Shown piece after piece: positions 47,784 through 59,605 of a stretch of DNA of 64,000 nucleotides. The DNA lies in the NCBI GenBank assembly GCA_964035545.1, contig OZ037766.1, positions 22,866,767-22,930,766 of the forward strand, given 5' to 3'. Source of the stretch: Bugula neritina (lineage: Eukaryota; Animalia; Bryozoa). The notes under the pieces were generated by a model. The model worked only from the letters and a program-made list of their open reading frames with translations, made no database searches and had not been told where the DNA came from. Both the position numbers and the translations under genes were made by a program. How positions within the stretch are numbered: the first letter of the stretch is position 1; every line of letters starts with the position of its first letter.

Positions 47784-50700
47784 ATGGCTGCGGTTGTCGC
47801 ACCTGCTGATTCTACAACTGCAGATGAAGCGCTATATCCAATAGCAGTGCTGATTGACGAACTAAGAAATGATGATGTACAAGTAAGTTTTTATTAAAAG
47901 AAAAAACAATTTGAAATTCAATTAGGCGTCACAGTCTGAGTCAGTCTCACTATCACTCTGAGTCCGACTGCGACTTTAAGTTGAAAGGTCTCAAGTTCAA
48001 CCAATAACCATAGGTACTCATGGTCATGGTGATACATTTATACTGTCACATAGATACCCGGTTTTAATTTAGGAATTTTAGGTGATGAGTTAACTTTAAT
48101 TCCAAAGTTGTCACGTTCAATTTATATTAAATTTTATAATTACTATTAGTAAGACTATTGATATTAGTAATTTTTTTTAGTAACTTTAATTAACATTTTA
48201 ATTTTTACAGTAAAATTAGATTTCATTTCATCTAGTTATAAATATTAGTAATAATTTCAACACAAAATTAAATAATTATAATGATGAAATTAAATTGCTA
48301 TCAATTGTAATAAGTAATCATAATGATAATGATTTATGGCCGTCTTTCACAGCGCAGCTAATATTTTGAGCTTGAGATAAGTGTTATTTTAAAGGTTTAC
48401 TGAATGTGGAATGGATTTTCCTCTGTAAAACTAGTGAGACCTGCATTATTCTTAGAAGAATAATTGTTGTTGACTTTAGTTCAAATGTTAACTGGCATTT
48501 ATATTTATTTTAGCAACTTACTGAAATATTGATATATAAATATTGAAATAGCAATATCTAAACTTTATTTGTTGGTAGTTAGAAGAATATTCAATGACTT
48601 GCGTCATTCTTATAATAGTACATTTTTAAAAATGCATTATAGATCTTGAAAATTAAATTTTTCCCTATGCTTCTTTGCTGCCTTTGATAAAAGCTTTTTA
48701 TCATAACATATATGTGGCTAAAACCATTGTATATATAGTTTATAGTAGTAGCGTAAGTTGCTATAAATAGAATGGAAATTTTACTACCTTTGTTAAACAT
48801 TATTACATAATTTAAGTTATATTATCATATTGCTGCTGGTGGTGTTTCAGATAGTTTGAAGTTAATTATCCGTCTTTGTATAGTGTGAGCTCCTATTGGT
48901 TTTCATTTCTAGCAATCTGTTATATTGTTGTTTAATAATGTTAAAGACCCCACTGCCAACTAAGTTGGTTGTAGTATAGATATTGATTTTCGTACTGACA
49001 GCCGTTTAAACCTCTTTTCAGCTGAGATTACATAGTATCAAGAAATTGTCTACCATAGCACTAGCTTTAGGAGTAGACCGAGCCAGGACAGAACTTGTTC
49101 CCTTTTTAACAGGTATTCTTTTACAATCTACAAGGAGCTCATCATCTATTTTGTATTTGTAGTTTTTCTTATTTGTCAAAGTTGTTAAGAAAGGAATCAG
49201 CTTTTGTAAACTTATAATAATTTTGTTGAATTTATCATTCAGTTTTGCTTAGACTGAAGTTTCGCTGCATAAAACTGTTAGAAGTTGGAATAAAGCATGA
49301 ATGATTAGGTTATCTGCAAAAAATAAATTTTTCTGAAATGTCAGTTTTTAAATAGACTATGTAATCAATTTTGAATGTTGATGTGTTTTCTAGAAACAAT
49401 ATACGATGAAGACGAAGTGCTTTTGGCCTTAGCGGAACAGTTGGGGAACTTTGCTCCTCTAATAGGTGGTGCTGAGCATGCCCATCATTTACTTGTAAGA
49501 AACATAAAATGGCTAAGCTTTCTTGTCCGTTGCACATACTGTATATGACATAACGCACTCTGGTAATTCTATTGTTGCTAAGCAAGATAGTTTTAATTGT
49601 TGTTTAACTGAAGATTTCACTTAAACCTTACAATGCCTAGAAATTTGAATGATATTAAAGCTCTGCTAGTAGTTAAGGTAAATGATTGCTACAGTTAATG
49701 CACATTTATCTATGAAGATAACTTTGTAACTATAGATGCACTAAGTTGATTGTTACTGCAGGTTCCTCTAGAAAGTTTAGCCACAGTTGAAGAGACAGTA
49801 GTGAGAGATAAAGCTGTGGAATCTCTAAGACAAATAGCACCTCTCCATTCACCTCAAGATCTCGAGCAGTACTTTGTGCCTCTGGTGAAACGGCTGGCAG
49901 GCGGTGATTGGTTCACATCTAGAACATCAGCATGTGGTCTATTTAGTGTTTCATATCCCAGAGGATCAAGTTCTGTTAAAACTGAACTTAGAGCGTGAGT
50001 CATCTTTCTTCAAACCTTTGCTCTGCACTTACCTCATCTACTGGATGCTCTATACGTACCCCATCTACTATATGCTCTGCACTTCTCATGTTCTCTTGTA
50101 TGTTTTGTATTATAGAAATTTCCGTAATTTGTGTGGAGATGATACGCCAATGGTGCGAAGAGCTGCGGCAGCTAAGCTTGGAGAGTTTGCCAAAGTAATG
50201 GAGTTAGATTATGTCAAATCTGAACTAATACCTCTTTTCTCCCATCTGGCACAAGACGAGCAAGACTCTGTGCGACTGTTGGCCATTGAAGCATGCTCGC
50301 TGGTGGGTTTATATAAAAGTATAACAGTTGCATTAGGAGATGTGTTTGTTGGTTGATAAACACTTGGTGGCTGCTTGCTTACTGTCATTGAAAAGCCACT
50401 TTCCTAACAAGCTGATTACAACAGCTTGCTGACACTTGGCTAATGTGTTGTCTATCCTTTAGATTGCGCAAGTTCTGACCAATGAGGACACCGAGCAGTT
50501 GGTGATGCCGACACTGCGTCAGGCTGTTGATGACAAGTCGTGGCGAGTTAGGTACATGGTTGCCGATAAGTTCACAGACCTGCAGAAGGCTGTTGGACCC
50601 AAGATCTCTGAGACAGACCTTGTTCCTGCTTTCCAGAACCTTCTTAAAGATTGTGAAGCAGAAGTTCGTGCTGCTGCTTGTTCTAAGATTAAAGGTTTGT

Positions 50701-53570
50701 TACTAGAATCAGGTGTTTCATTGACTGTAATTGTTAATACACTGTTAACTATATCAGAATTTTCCTTTGCAAGTCTTTCCGCAGTTTATTGCCTGTTTGT
50801 GATGAGAGAAATGTAGTTTTTCCTCAGTGGTAAAGTAGAACACATTGCAGTGATTAATGATTATTCTTTATTTGAAGCATTTTAAAGTTTTATTTTCCAT
50901 TGCTGGTTTAGCGAATAGTGTTTAGTGATGTAGACAAAGGAATTGTAGATGTTCTTTTGTGTGTAGCAACTGAAATTATAACTTGCATATGTTAGATTAA
51001 CATCTGTTGCAAGATATTAGTGATAGTGTTATATCTTGTAATGTTTATGATGTTCAGATTTCTCGAATGGACTGCCAGCGGAGGCTAGAGAACAGGTTAT
51101 AATGAACTACGTTCTACCATGCATCAAGGAGCTCATCAATGACACCAACATGCATGTCAAATCGGCGCTGGCATCTGTAATTATGGGTCTCTCCCCCATT
51201 CTGGGTAAAGACAAGTAAGTTCGCTGCCTGAAAAGAAAAATATATTTTATCATTGAACAACCATAGATCACCTGTTGAATTGTGTATCACAGTGCCATAG
51301 ATCACCTGTTGAATTGTTTCTATTACAGTACCATAAAGCACCTGTTGAATTGTGTCTATTACAGTACCATAGAGCACCTGCTGCCAATGTTTCTCACACA
51401 GTTGAAGGATGAGGTGCCAGAGGTTAGGCTGAATATAATCTCCAATCTGGATTGTGTGAATGAGGTCATCGGCATCAAGCAGCTGTCGCAGACTCTACTT
51501 CCCGCCATCGTAGAGCTGGCTGAAGACAACAAGTGGAGAGTGAGACTGGCTATTATAGAATACATGCCTCTGTTGGCCGGCCAACTTGGCAAAGACTTCT
51601 TCGATGAGAAATTAAATACTCTTTGTATGGCCTGGCTAGTTGATCATGGTAAGTGTATTGGTGATTAGTCGCGCGCACACACGCACGCATACACTGCAGG
51701 TTATAAGCTGTGTGATATGTACTCGTATCACTTTGTACTCTGCTAATATATATGCACTTATATTTTGTTTACTTCAGTGTACGCAATCAGGGAGGCCGCC
51801 ACTTCCAATCTGAAAAAGCTGGTAGAAAAGTTTGGTGTTGAATGGGCACAGCAGACAATAATACCAAAAGTTCTGCAGATGTCTCGTGATCTGAACTATC
51901 TTCATAGGATGACCTGTCTCTTCTGTATCAATGTATGTATGCTGCGCTAATAACTGTCTTGTATATAAAAGGGTTGTCCCGCAATTGCATGGTACATGTA
52001 GACAACCTTGTTTGGATAGGTTTTTTTTGTAGGATTTTTAGCTAAGTCTATTGCTGGGAGTCTATATTTTCTGCTGCATATGTTCAGCTGTACATTCTGA
52101 GTAATCAGCTAAAAGTGAGAGCCTATTGCGGGGGATTTCAGAGTTCTAATTGTATTCAGTGAATATGCAGCTAAAATGGCAACAGTTCGTTTTATATCAT
52201 AATCTGTGAAGTTGTAACTTTCTAACAATAGTAAATGGTGTTTGTGTTGGTAGACACTTGCCGAGGGATGCCAAAAAGAATCGGCTAGTAAACTTATGCT
52301 GTCGACAGTGGTTGGCTTAGCCTCCGATGACGTCCCTAATGTAAAGTTCAACGTCGCCAAAACTCTAATGAAGATGGGCCAGTGGTTAGACCAGACTTCT
52401 ATACAGCAGCAAGTGAAGCCAGTTTTGGAGAAGCTGAAACAAGATCCCGACTCAGATGTTCAGTATTTCGCTACAGAGGCTATGGAAAGTGAGTCTACAA
52501 TCATAACTACTGCTAGTAGAAGTGCAACTACTAGGACTGCTAGTACTATTGCTACTACTACTGCTGCTACTATTACTACTGTTACTACTACTACTGCTGC
52601 TGCTGCTACCAATACTGCTGCTGCTACTCCTGCTACTATTAGTACTACTATTGTCACTACACTACAGATTATAGTTTTATTGAGCTTAAATGTTGAAATA
52701 GGGTAACAGTTTCAGGTAATCATATAGCAACAACTAGAATTAGAATTGGGAGAGTCGTCACCATCTGTCACAGTATAATACTGCAGCCCATACTAAATGT
52801 TAGGCAGAGTTTTACAGCAAACATGAGTTTATAAAGTCGCAGAATGATAAACTTATTCCCTATCACTGCTTTTGTCATGTGCAAATGGTGGAAGAATAGA
52901 ATCCTCAGCTGGAAACTGTTGCACAATCTTACTATTTCTTGCCATTAATTCCTGACTCCCAATGCTACTCACTAACTGCCAATACTACCCACTAACTGCC
53001 AATACTACTCACTGACTGTCAATACTACTCACTGACTGTCAATACTACCCACTAACTGCCAATACTACTTACTGACTGTCAACACTACTCACTGACTGTC
53101 AATACTACTCACTGACTGTCAATGCTACTCACTGACTGTCAATACTACTCACTGACTGTCAATACTACTCACTGAACGTCAATACTACTCACTGACTGTC
53201 AATACTACTCACTGACTGCCAATACTACTCACTGACTGTCAATACTACCACTAACTGCCAATACTACTCACTGACTGCCAATACTACTCACTAACTGCCA
53301 ATACTACTCTCTAACTGTCAATACTATTCACTAACTGCCAATACTACTCACCGACTGCCTCTACCAATATCATCTGCATTGCTACTTCTACTGTTATTCA
53401 TTATAGCACTGTTGGTTACAGGTGCTAGTGCCACTACTATGCTCAGCAAAGTAGACCCTTTTATTTCTTTCGTCGCCGGTATAGCAAGTTCAGATATTCT
53501 TTTCTCATTTCACATTTTAGGTGCAGCTTATAAGCAATTTTTTACCTCTCGGCTTTCTCCCAGCACGTAA
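47784..53570 (+). CDS. PPP2R1A: Serine/threonine protein phosphatase 2A 65-kDa scaffold A subunit (HEAT repeats)
   Basis: Exons 47784-47882, 49022-49112, 49394-49494, 49762-49994, 50116-50302, 50463-50694, 51058-51214, 51365-51648, 51778-51932 and 52254-52488. The last exon is uncertain (best guess 53521-53570). Motifs [69 protein letters not shown]. Confidence 0.98.
51260..51380 (+). repeat. ~36-bp tandem repeat spanning a PP2A-A intron/exon boundary
   Basis: Unit CCATAGA(T/G)CACCTGTTGAATTGTGTCTATTACAGTA, ~3.4 copies; the last partial copy is the start of the coding exon. Confidence 0.9.
52500..52660. repeat. (ACT/GCT)n trinucleotide low-complexity tract at the start of the last PP2A-A intron
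   Basis: Direct inspection. Confidence 0.85.
52956..53359. repeat. 20-bp minisatellite, ~20 copies (AATACTACTCACTRACTGYC)
   Basis: Direct inspection. Confidence 0.95.
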
Positions 53571-55033
53571 GATTTGGTTCTCTTGTTCAGTTGTTTCTCT
53601 TACGTCAACAGACTACTCTACTTTTTGTGTTTATTTTACGTTATAATTTTCATTTCTTCATAGACTATCATATGACAGAATATTATCCCTGTTAATAAGC
53701 TATCCTATATGACTGAATATTATCATGTTGATGTATTGTTTGTATTCAATAGAGCATCCAAGTCCCGAAACCATTCGTAAGATGTTAATAGTTCTGCTGC
53801 TAAAATTTTGATTTTCTATTTCAGGCTTTGTTGTTATTTCATTTTTATTATTGTTTTTCTTGATAGTTTTTTGTGTGTTTGAAATTGTTAATGATAATAT
53901 AAGGAGATGTGTTAATTCTGTTTTAGCCCTAAAGCTGGTGTGAAAAGTTAAAGGAACATGCTTATACACAGAGCATTGGGCTACACCTTTAAATGGATTG
54001 ATTATATTACTTTCACCCTTCTTCGAGGAGCTCCAACTGGTTGACCAATGAGAGTTTTCATGGCAAGCACTTGGAACTTTTATGACAATTCATAATATAA
54101 TATTCCATGCACATTTGAATATGATTATTGTGATGAATAAATAAGTATTAACTTTGTAGGTTATGCTATAGCTTCTATTGCTTGCTATGCCCACAGTTGT
54201 AAGAACAACCTTCTGTGTTTTATGGTTATAATATGACAGTACCTTGTTAGAATGTCGTCTCTGTATGTGACTGTACTTTTAGCAAATAAATTATTTTCAC
54301 TTACATCTGATGTGATTTTCTCTTAGAGTCTTTATCTTCAATGTGATGAACATTTACAGATTTATAACTGAATACAGAAAGAGGTTATTAAGCTGATTAA
54401 GTTTTCTGTTTATTGTGATGTCTACAGGATGACTGAAATAAGATAATGTCTGTTTCAATGCCCCTTGTAACATAATTGCCTGTTCTACTTACCTTCACTA
54501 GTGAACCACTTGATAGGCTTAGCTTTTATTAAGTTTATCAACTTATTTTCAATTTAAGAGGCTCCAAATGTAAGCACCATCAACATGCTAATATGCAATA
54601 GGAGTTGTTGACAAGCCAAGGCTTTGTCCATCCAGTAATGGCCTTCATATTTGATGTAAAGGGACTGAAAACTTAACTCTACAAGCTGCTATATTGCAAA
54701 AATAAATTGCTGCTGATCAATGTTGCATGGTCAGAATTATGGTTTATAATGATGGTATATTGAAGTAGCATTATAAATTGTACCCCCAACCTCGGTCATG
54801 GATTTAATTTTAGTTGTTATTCATGCATGTATTAATTCTATCTGTAGGATTGAAAAGCAGCTTGAGCATTATGCATGCAGAGTATTGTATAACAAATGAG
54901 TTAGGCCAATAACAGAATCAGCCTAATTTTAAGTGTAGCTTCATGTTTTTTCCTGGCCATTGTTAGTGATAAACAATGACCTGTGTATGATGTAACGTTA
55001 AGTTAAACATAAGGTCACTTCACCATAGCAGGG

Positions 55034-55851
55034 ATGTGTTGTAAACTTATAATACACATTTTTGCTTTTCTGATAAGCATAAATGTCACCAAAAGTCTTT
55101 ATATTAATTTACAAGAAGGTGGACAGCATCCTGAGAGGTGTATCAGGGAAGAAGTGCCAGCGGATATGATAGTAATTGGTGAGTCAGCATTGTTGACTGA
55201 GAAAGAGGTCAAGTCATCATGTGGTTTATTGCTTAAATAAAGTCTATAACTATAAGATGCTCACAACAAATGTGACTTTTCAAACAATAAAATTTAATAA
55301 CTGGTAGAAAAAATGTAAATAGTCACTATAAAAAAAAAAATATATATATATATATATCTCAATCTGCGGACAGCAGCTGTTTCGGGATTTGTCCCCTCAT
55401 CAGCACAGAACAGAGTACCATGGCCCACACCTTCGCAATAGTAGAAACTTATAGTTTTACTAAAGCATATTTAAAAGGTGTGTAAACCCAAGCCAGAGTG
55501 CTCAAGTGACTCTAGGGGTCACCTAGGTGTCACAACTCACAAGCATTGCTAAATGCTAGCAGCTTGAGTTTGTGACCATGGTGAGAGTGCTCAATCACTT
55601 AATGTCATTGCTGAGCATCAAATGAGAGCATAATATCTCGTCAGGGTGATGTATAAAATATTTTATACATCACCCTGACGAGTGGCAGAAATTTCATGCT
55701 ACAAAACAAATTTGTAGGCGATATAATTGATTTTAAAATAAAAGATCTTAGTTAATTGTAACCTATATAATTATAGTATCTAGCTCAATTTTTCTAAAAA
55801 ATTTTGAGCACTATTTGATAACTAGTATTACAATATATACTTTACATATTT

Positions 55852-55883
<32 letters not shown>

Positions 55884-58800
55884 CGTGTGCGTGTGCGTGT
55901 GCGTGTGCGTGTGCGTGTGCGTGTGTGTGTGTGTGTAGAATATGGGGGTGAATAATTTAAATAAGCCTAATGGTAGTAATAACTATTGGGAATATTTGTA
56001 ATTAATAGAATTATAAACTGATATATGTAGTTAAAATAACATGAAAATAAAAAAAAGCATAAATAGTTCATTATATCAACACAACAATGGACTTTTTTCT
56101 TAATTCGATGTCCTTCTCACTTCTCACCTTTGATTTCTTCTGTCTGTTACTTTCACAGTGATTAAAAATATTTTGATTAGGAGAATACCGGCTGGAAAAA
56201 TATGCAGAGGGAAGACATCTTTCAAGTTCAGCACTCAGTACAGCAGGAGTGCTAGTAACCGTCACTGGACCTCACCATGAAGAGATACATTCAAGGGTAT
56301 AATATTAATGCAGCAGTTATACATTTAAGAGTTATGGTGCTTGCAATATATATTCTCACTTAGAAATTTCCTATAACAATGGTTTTGAATAACAAAGATT
56401 TATCAACTTAATTGGAGTTACTTTGAAATCAGCAAGTACGTAGAAAAGTAATGAAGATTATAGTTCTCCACAAACTCATTAAAGACATGCTCAAAACCAG
56501 ATAGGCACACATAATATTATAAAGTGTAAATAAATAAACTAATAGTTACTCATAATTAATATAGCAGCAATTACAAACATCAGTAATATGCTATATATCA
56601 ACATAAATACAATTATTTTGAAGTTCATCAGTAACAACAAAACTTTATAACAATATGGACTTTGCAAATGCCATGTACAGCATTTACGATAATTGAAATT
56701 TTATGCAATTCAACAATATTGTAGGCTTATATCATTAGAAGACTTGAGATTTATATTAAATATTCGTAGCATAAGCACATGTGCATCCAACATCTAACTG
56801 CTGAATGCACCATATGAAGCTGAGTGGTAGGCCTACCCAAAGTATATAGCCTATACAATTATTGAACATTTCGATTTTCCTACACTGTAGAATAGATTTT
56901 ATATACACAATGTGCATAGCACTATATGTTGACTGGAATCAATTAAATACACAAATTTTTGTCAGAAAAAGAAACATTCTATGCTAAAAGTTTCTCAAGG
57001 CATCTGTTTGATTCTGTAAAAGCCAAGTTCAATAAAGCCCCGTATTTGCAAAGACAATGCAATACTGTAAGTTTTGCAATGTCTTTTCAAAATTATTTGC
57101 CATTTGTGCTGTAAATTAATTTTACAAATATATTATGGGATGAGTGTAGTGATCATGAAAGTTAGAAATAGTCGATAGATTATTTAGCTCACGTTGAAAA
57201 AAGAGAGTTTACTTTTAACAATACTGCGCAAACCCGATTGGTTAAAACAAGTCAATTTTAAAGAAGGGCATTTCATATCTTATGGTTGAAACAGAGGCTA
57301 CAATCAATCACCAACTAATCGCTATGGTGAATAGTGAGCAAATGTTTTAGGTGTACAAAGAAGAAGGCATGTTTACTTTCAAAGCTTCCGCTGATGGAAT
57401 ACATCGAGTTTGTTTCAAGCTAGCTGATTGGCCAAGTGAAAATGGAGCGATGGTATGTGTCTTTAAACATATTGATCTATTTACTATATTAACTTTGCGG
57501 TTGCAGCTAAATTGTATCATTACAGTTAGAGCAATTTTTGGTCTATAAAATTAACGTGTATTATTAGTGCTACAGAAGTTTGAGCATCACAGGTGCATAT
57601 ATGTAGTATTTAGAAAGTTATAACGCAACTTTTGTCTTTGTATAAATAATTTTCAGGCGATGAACCATTTCCAATAACATATTTTTATAGGGCAGTAAAT
57701 TTTCACTTTTGGCGATACATCTAATTAAAAACTAGCTTATTTATAAGAATTTCATTAGAGTAGTATATAGATTGTCACCATTTAAAATGTTACTGCTGCA
57801 CATGTGTGAAAGTGAAATTCATGGTGAAAAAAGCATATGTCTAGTAGATAATATTATGTCTAAGGTGGGAGAGAGAGATCGAGTTCTGAGAGGTGTAAGA
57901 TAGAAGCTACTAGCTTGTCAACAAGTTTATTTCATTTCAAATACCTCACTTCACCAGCTAATATAGCAGAGTGCTGACGGTGCTATTTATTTATTAAATT
58001 GCTGCAACTTCTTTGCTACAAAAGGAAGTTTCTAAATTGTGTTATGAGATCTTGCAAGATATGCATACCAGGCAACTTGCTCTAATTATACAACACTCCC
58101 TCCATATCTCACGGTTATATTTCTCACGCTTGCACCCCGTTTTGTGGCTTACCTATGTATGTGTGTATAGAGACAAAATGGCTGAAGCTAAATCTGGTGT
58201 TATATTATGACAGGAATTAAGGATTCGGATCTGAAGCTTAGTGAGATATGGAGGGAGTACTGTAATAGGTAAAATATTATAAGCATGTAGCTTAAAAATA
58301 GTTTGCTCGTACCATTCATACCACCATATTATTTGTATATTGCATTAAGTTTCATATCTATGATGTCTCTATAAGTAATTTATTTGGTAAGTTTGTCAAA
58401 GAATGTACGTTACACTTATATCTATCAGCTGTGCGAGCATAGCTTTTTGTAGATCAAGTTATTCTAGCAAATACTGGGAAGCATGAAATTGTTTGGTTGC
58501 TAACAGAGTTGAAAAGGAGCTGTGTTCAACACATGAAGGCAAAAATCATACAAGCATGGTTTTTCAAACAAAACCTTTGAGCTTTTAGCTTTGCATATGA
58601 TTTTAAAAACTTTATTGTAGAAAATGCACCTGAATATGTACAAAGGATTTCATGAAATTTCTAGTTCTGAAAAGTTATCAGATCTTGACAGGAGAATTTC
58701 TCGGCTGATAACTCTGGTAAACGGGATCAAGAATGAGCAGAACTATCAAAAGGCAAATGAATAAATCATAGTTATTCTAGTGAAACCACTCAAAATATTT

Positions 58801-59180
58801 GAGAGGTCATTTAGAATTTTTGTTTTCAACTGGCTAGGAGCAGCGTGAGAAGAGAAAATGCAAAATTGCAGTTATTTTGCATAGCATTAGCTCTAGAAGA
58901 TATTTATATAAAATATGTTTTGAATTTGGAGCTGAACACATGCTAAATAAAGAATTGATTTCATGTAATGTAAATATTGTTTATGCATATGGTGAGTATG
59001 ATTGGTAACCATTTCTACTGCGTTTTGTAGATACGAGAGCGCAGGTTCAGGATAACCAGTGAAAGTACAAATGCCAGAGTTGTATGCTATGCATTTATTC
59101 AAATATTTACTGTAATTGTCATTGGTGTCTGGCAAATTTATCACCTCAGACGATTTTTTATTTTGAAAAAATTAGTCTAA
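55034..59180 (+). CDS. p24/TMED (emp24/gp25L) protein, alpha subfamily (TMED4/9/11-like), divergent, 214 aa
   Basis: Exons 55034-55178, 56181-56296, 57351-57452, 58621-58752 and 59031-59180. Signal peptide; GOLD domain (ERCIREEVP; GMFTF..GIHRVCF); coiled coil EQNYQKIRERRFRITSESTNARV; TM helix; tail LRRFFILKKLV with FF and KKxx motifs. Confidence 0.92.
55363..55409 (-). ncRNA. Minimal type I hammerhead ribozyme (Penelope/retrozyme-like)
   Basis: Minus strand: UCUGUG-CUGAUGA-GGGG acaaa UCCC-GAA-ACAGC u GCUGU-C-CGCAGA. Full catalytic core, stems I-III and a GUC cleavage triplet. Confidence 0.88.
55637..55682. repeat. Perfect 46-bp palindrome
   Basis: CTCGTCAGGGTGATGTATAAAAT|ATTTTATACATCACCCTGACGAG. 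Confidence 0.95.
55852..55936. repeat. Compound microsatellite (TA)n(TG)n(TGCGTG)n(TG)n
   Basis: Direct inspection. Confidence 0.95.
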
Positions 59181-59605
59181 ATTATGATGCTATAAACGTA
59201 TTAGAGGCAAAAGAATAACTTGAATTTGATAAAATATTATTCCAATATTAAACTTGAGAAATAAATTTACTAAAATAATATATCAAATATCACACATTGA
59301 ATCTTTATCATCAGTCTTTGTTAGCTGGTTGCTAAAGCCTAGCTATAAAATGGCGTTTTAGCTTCTACAAGACTAACATAAAAACGAAAGAAAACAATAA
59401 ATTTAGTTTAAAGCATGTAAGCAAGTAAAAATCATTAAATAAAATCTATGAATAACACCAGTTTTAATCATGCATGATATCACAGAGCTTTTGGACTGAC
59501 AAGAATAGAAATCTCAATACAAATATGTAAAGAAAATATAAAACGCTAAATAAGTAACCCCGCAAGTAGATATATTTGGTTAAAACAAAAAAGCAATAAA
59601 AAACA

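Noticed and set aside
52956-53359. CRISPR-like array
   Set aside because: Head-to-tail 20-bp units with no unique spacers and no cas genes, in a eukaryotic intron. It is a minisatellite; the same applies to 41152-41390 and 29930-30075.
55675-55700. Second hammerhead ribozyme at CTGACGAG..GAAA
   Set aside because: No convincing stem II or III, or NUH triplet, on either strand.
57815-58270. Extra TMED exons (KVGERDR, DKMAE, ELRIRI fragments)
   Set aside because: Exon 57351-57452 joins 58621 in phase to give a full-length p24, so these short resemblances are not needed.
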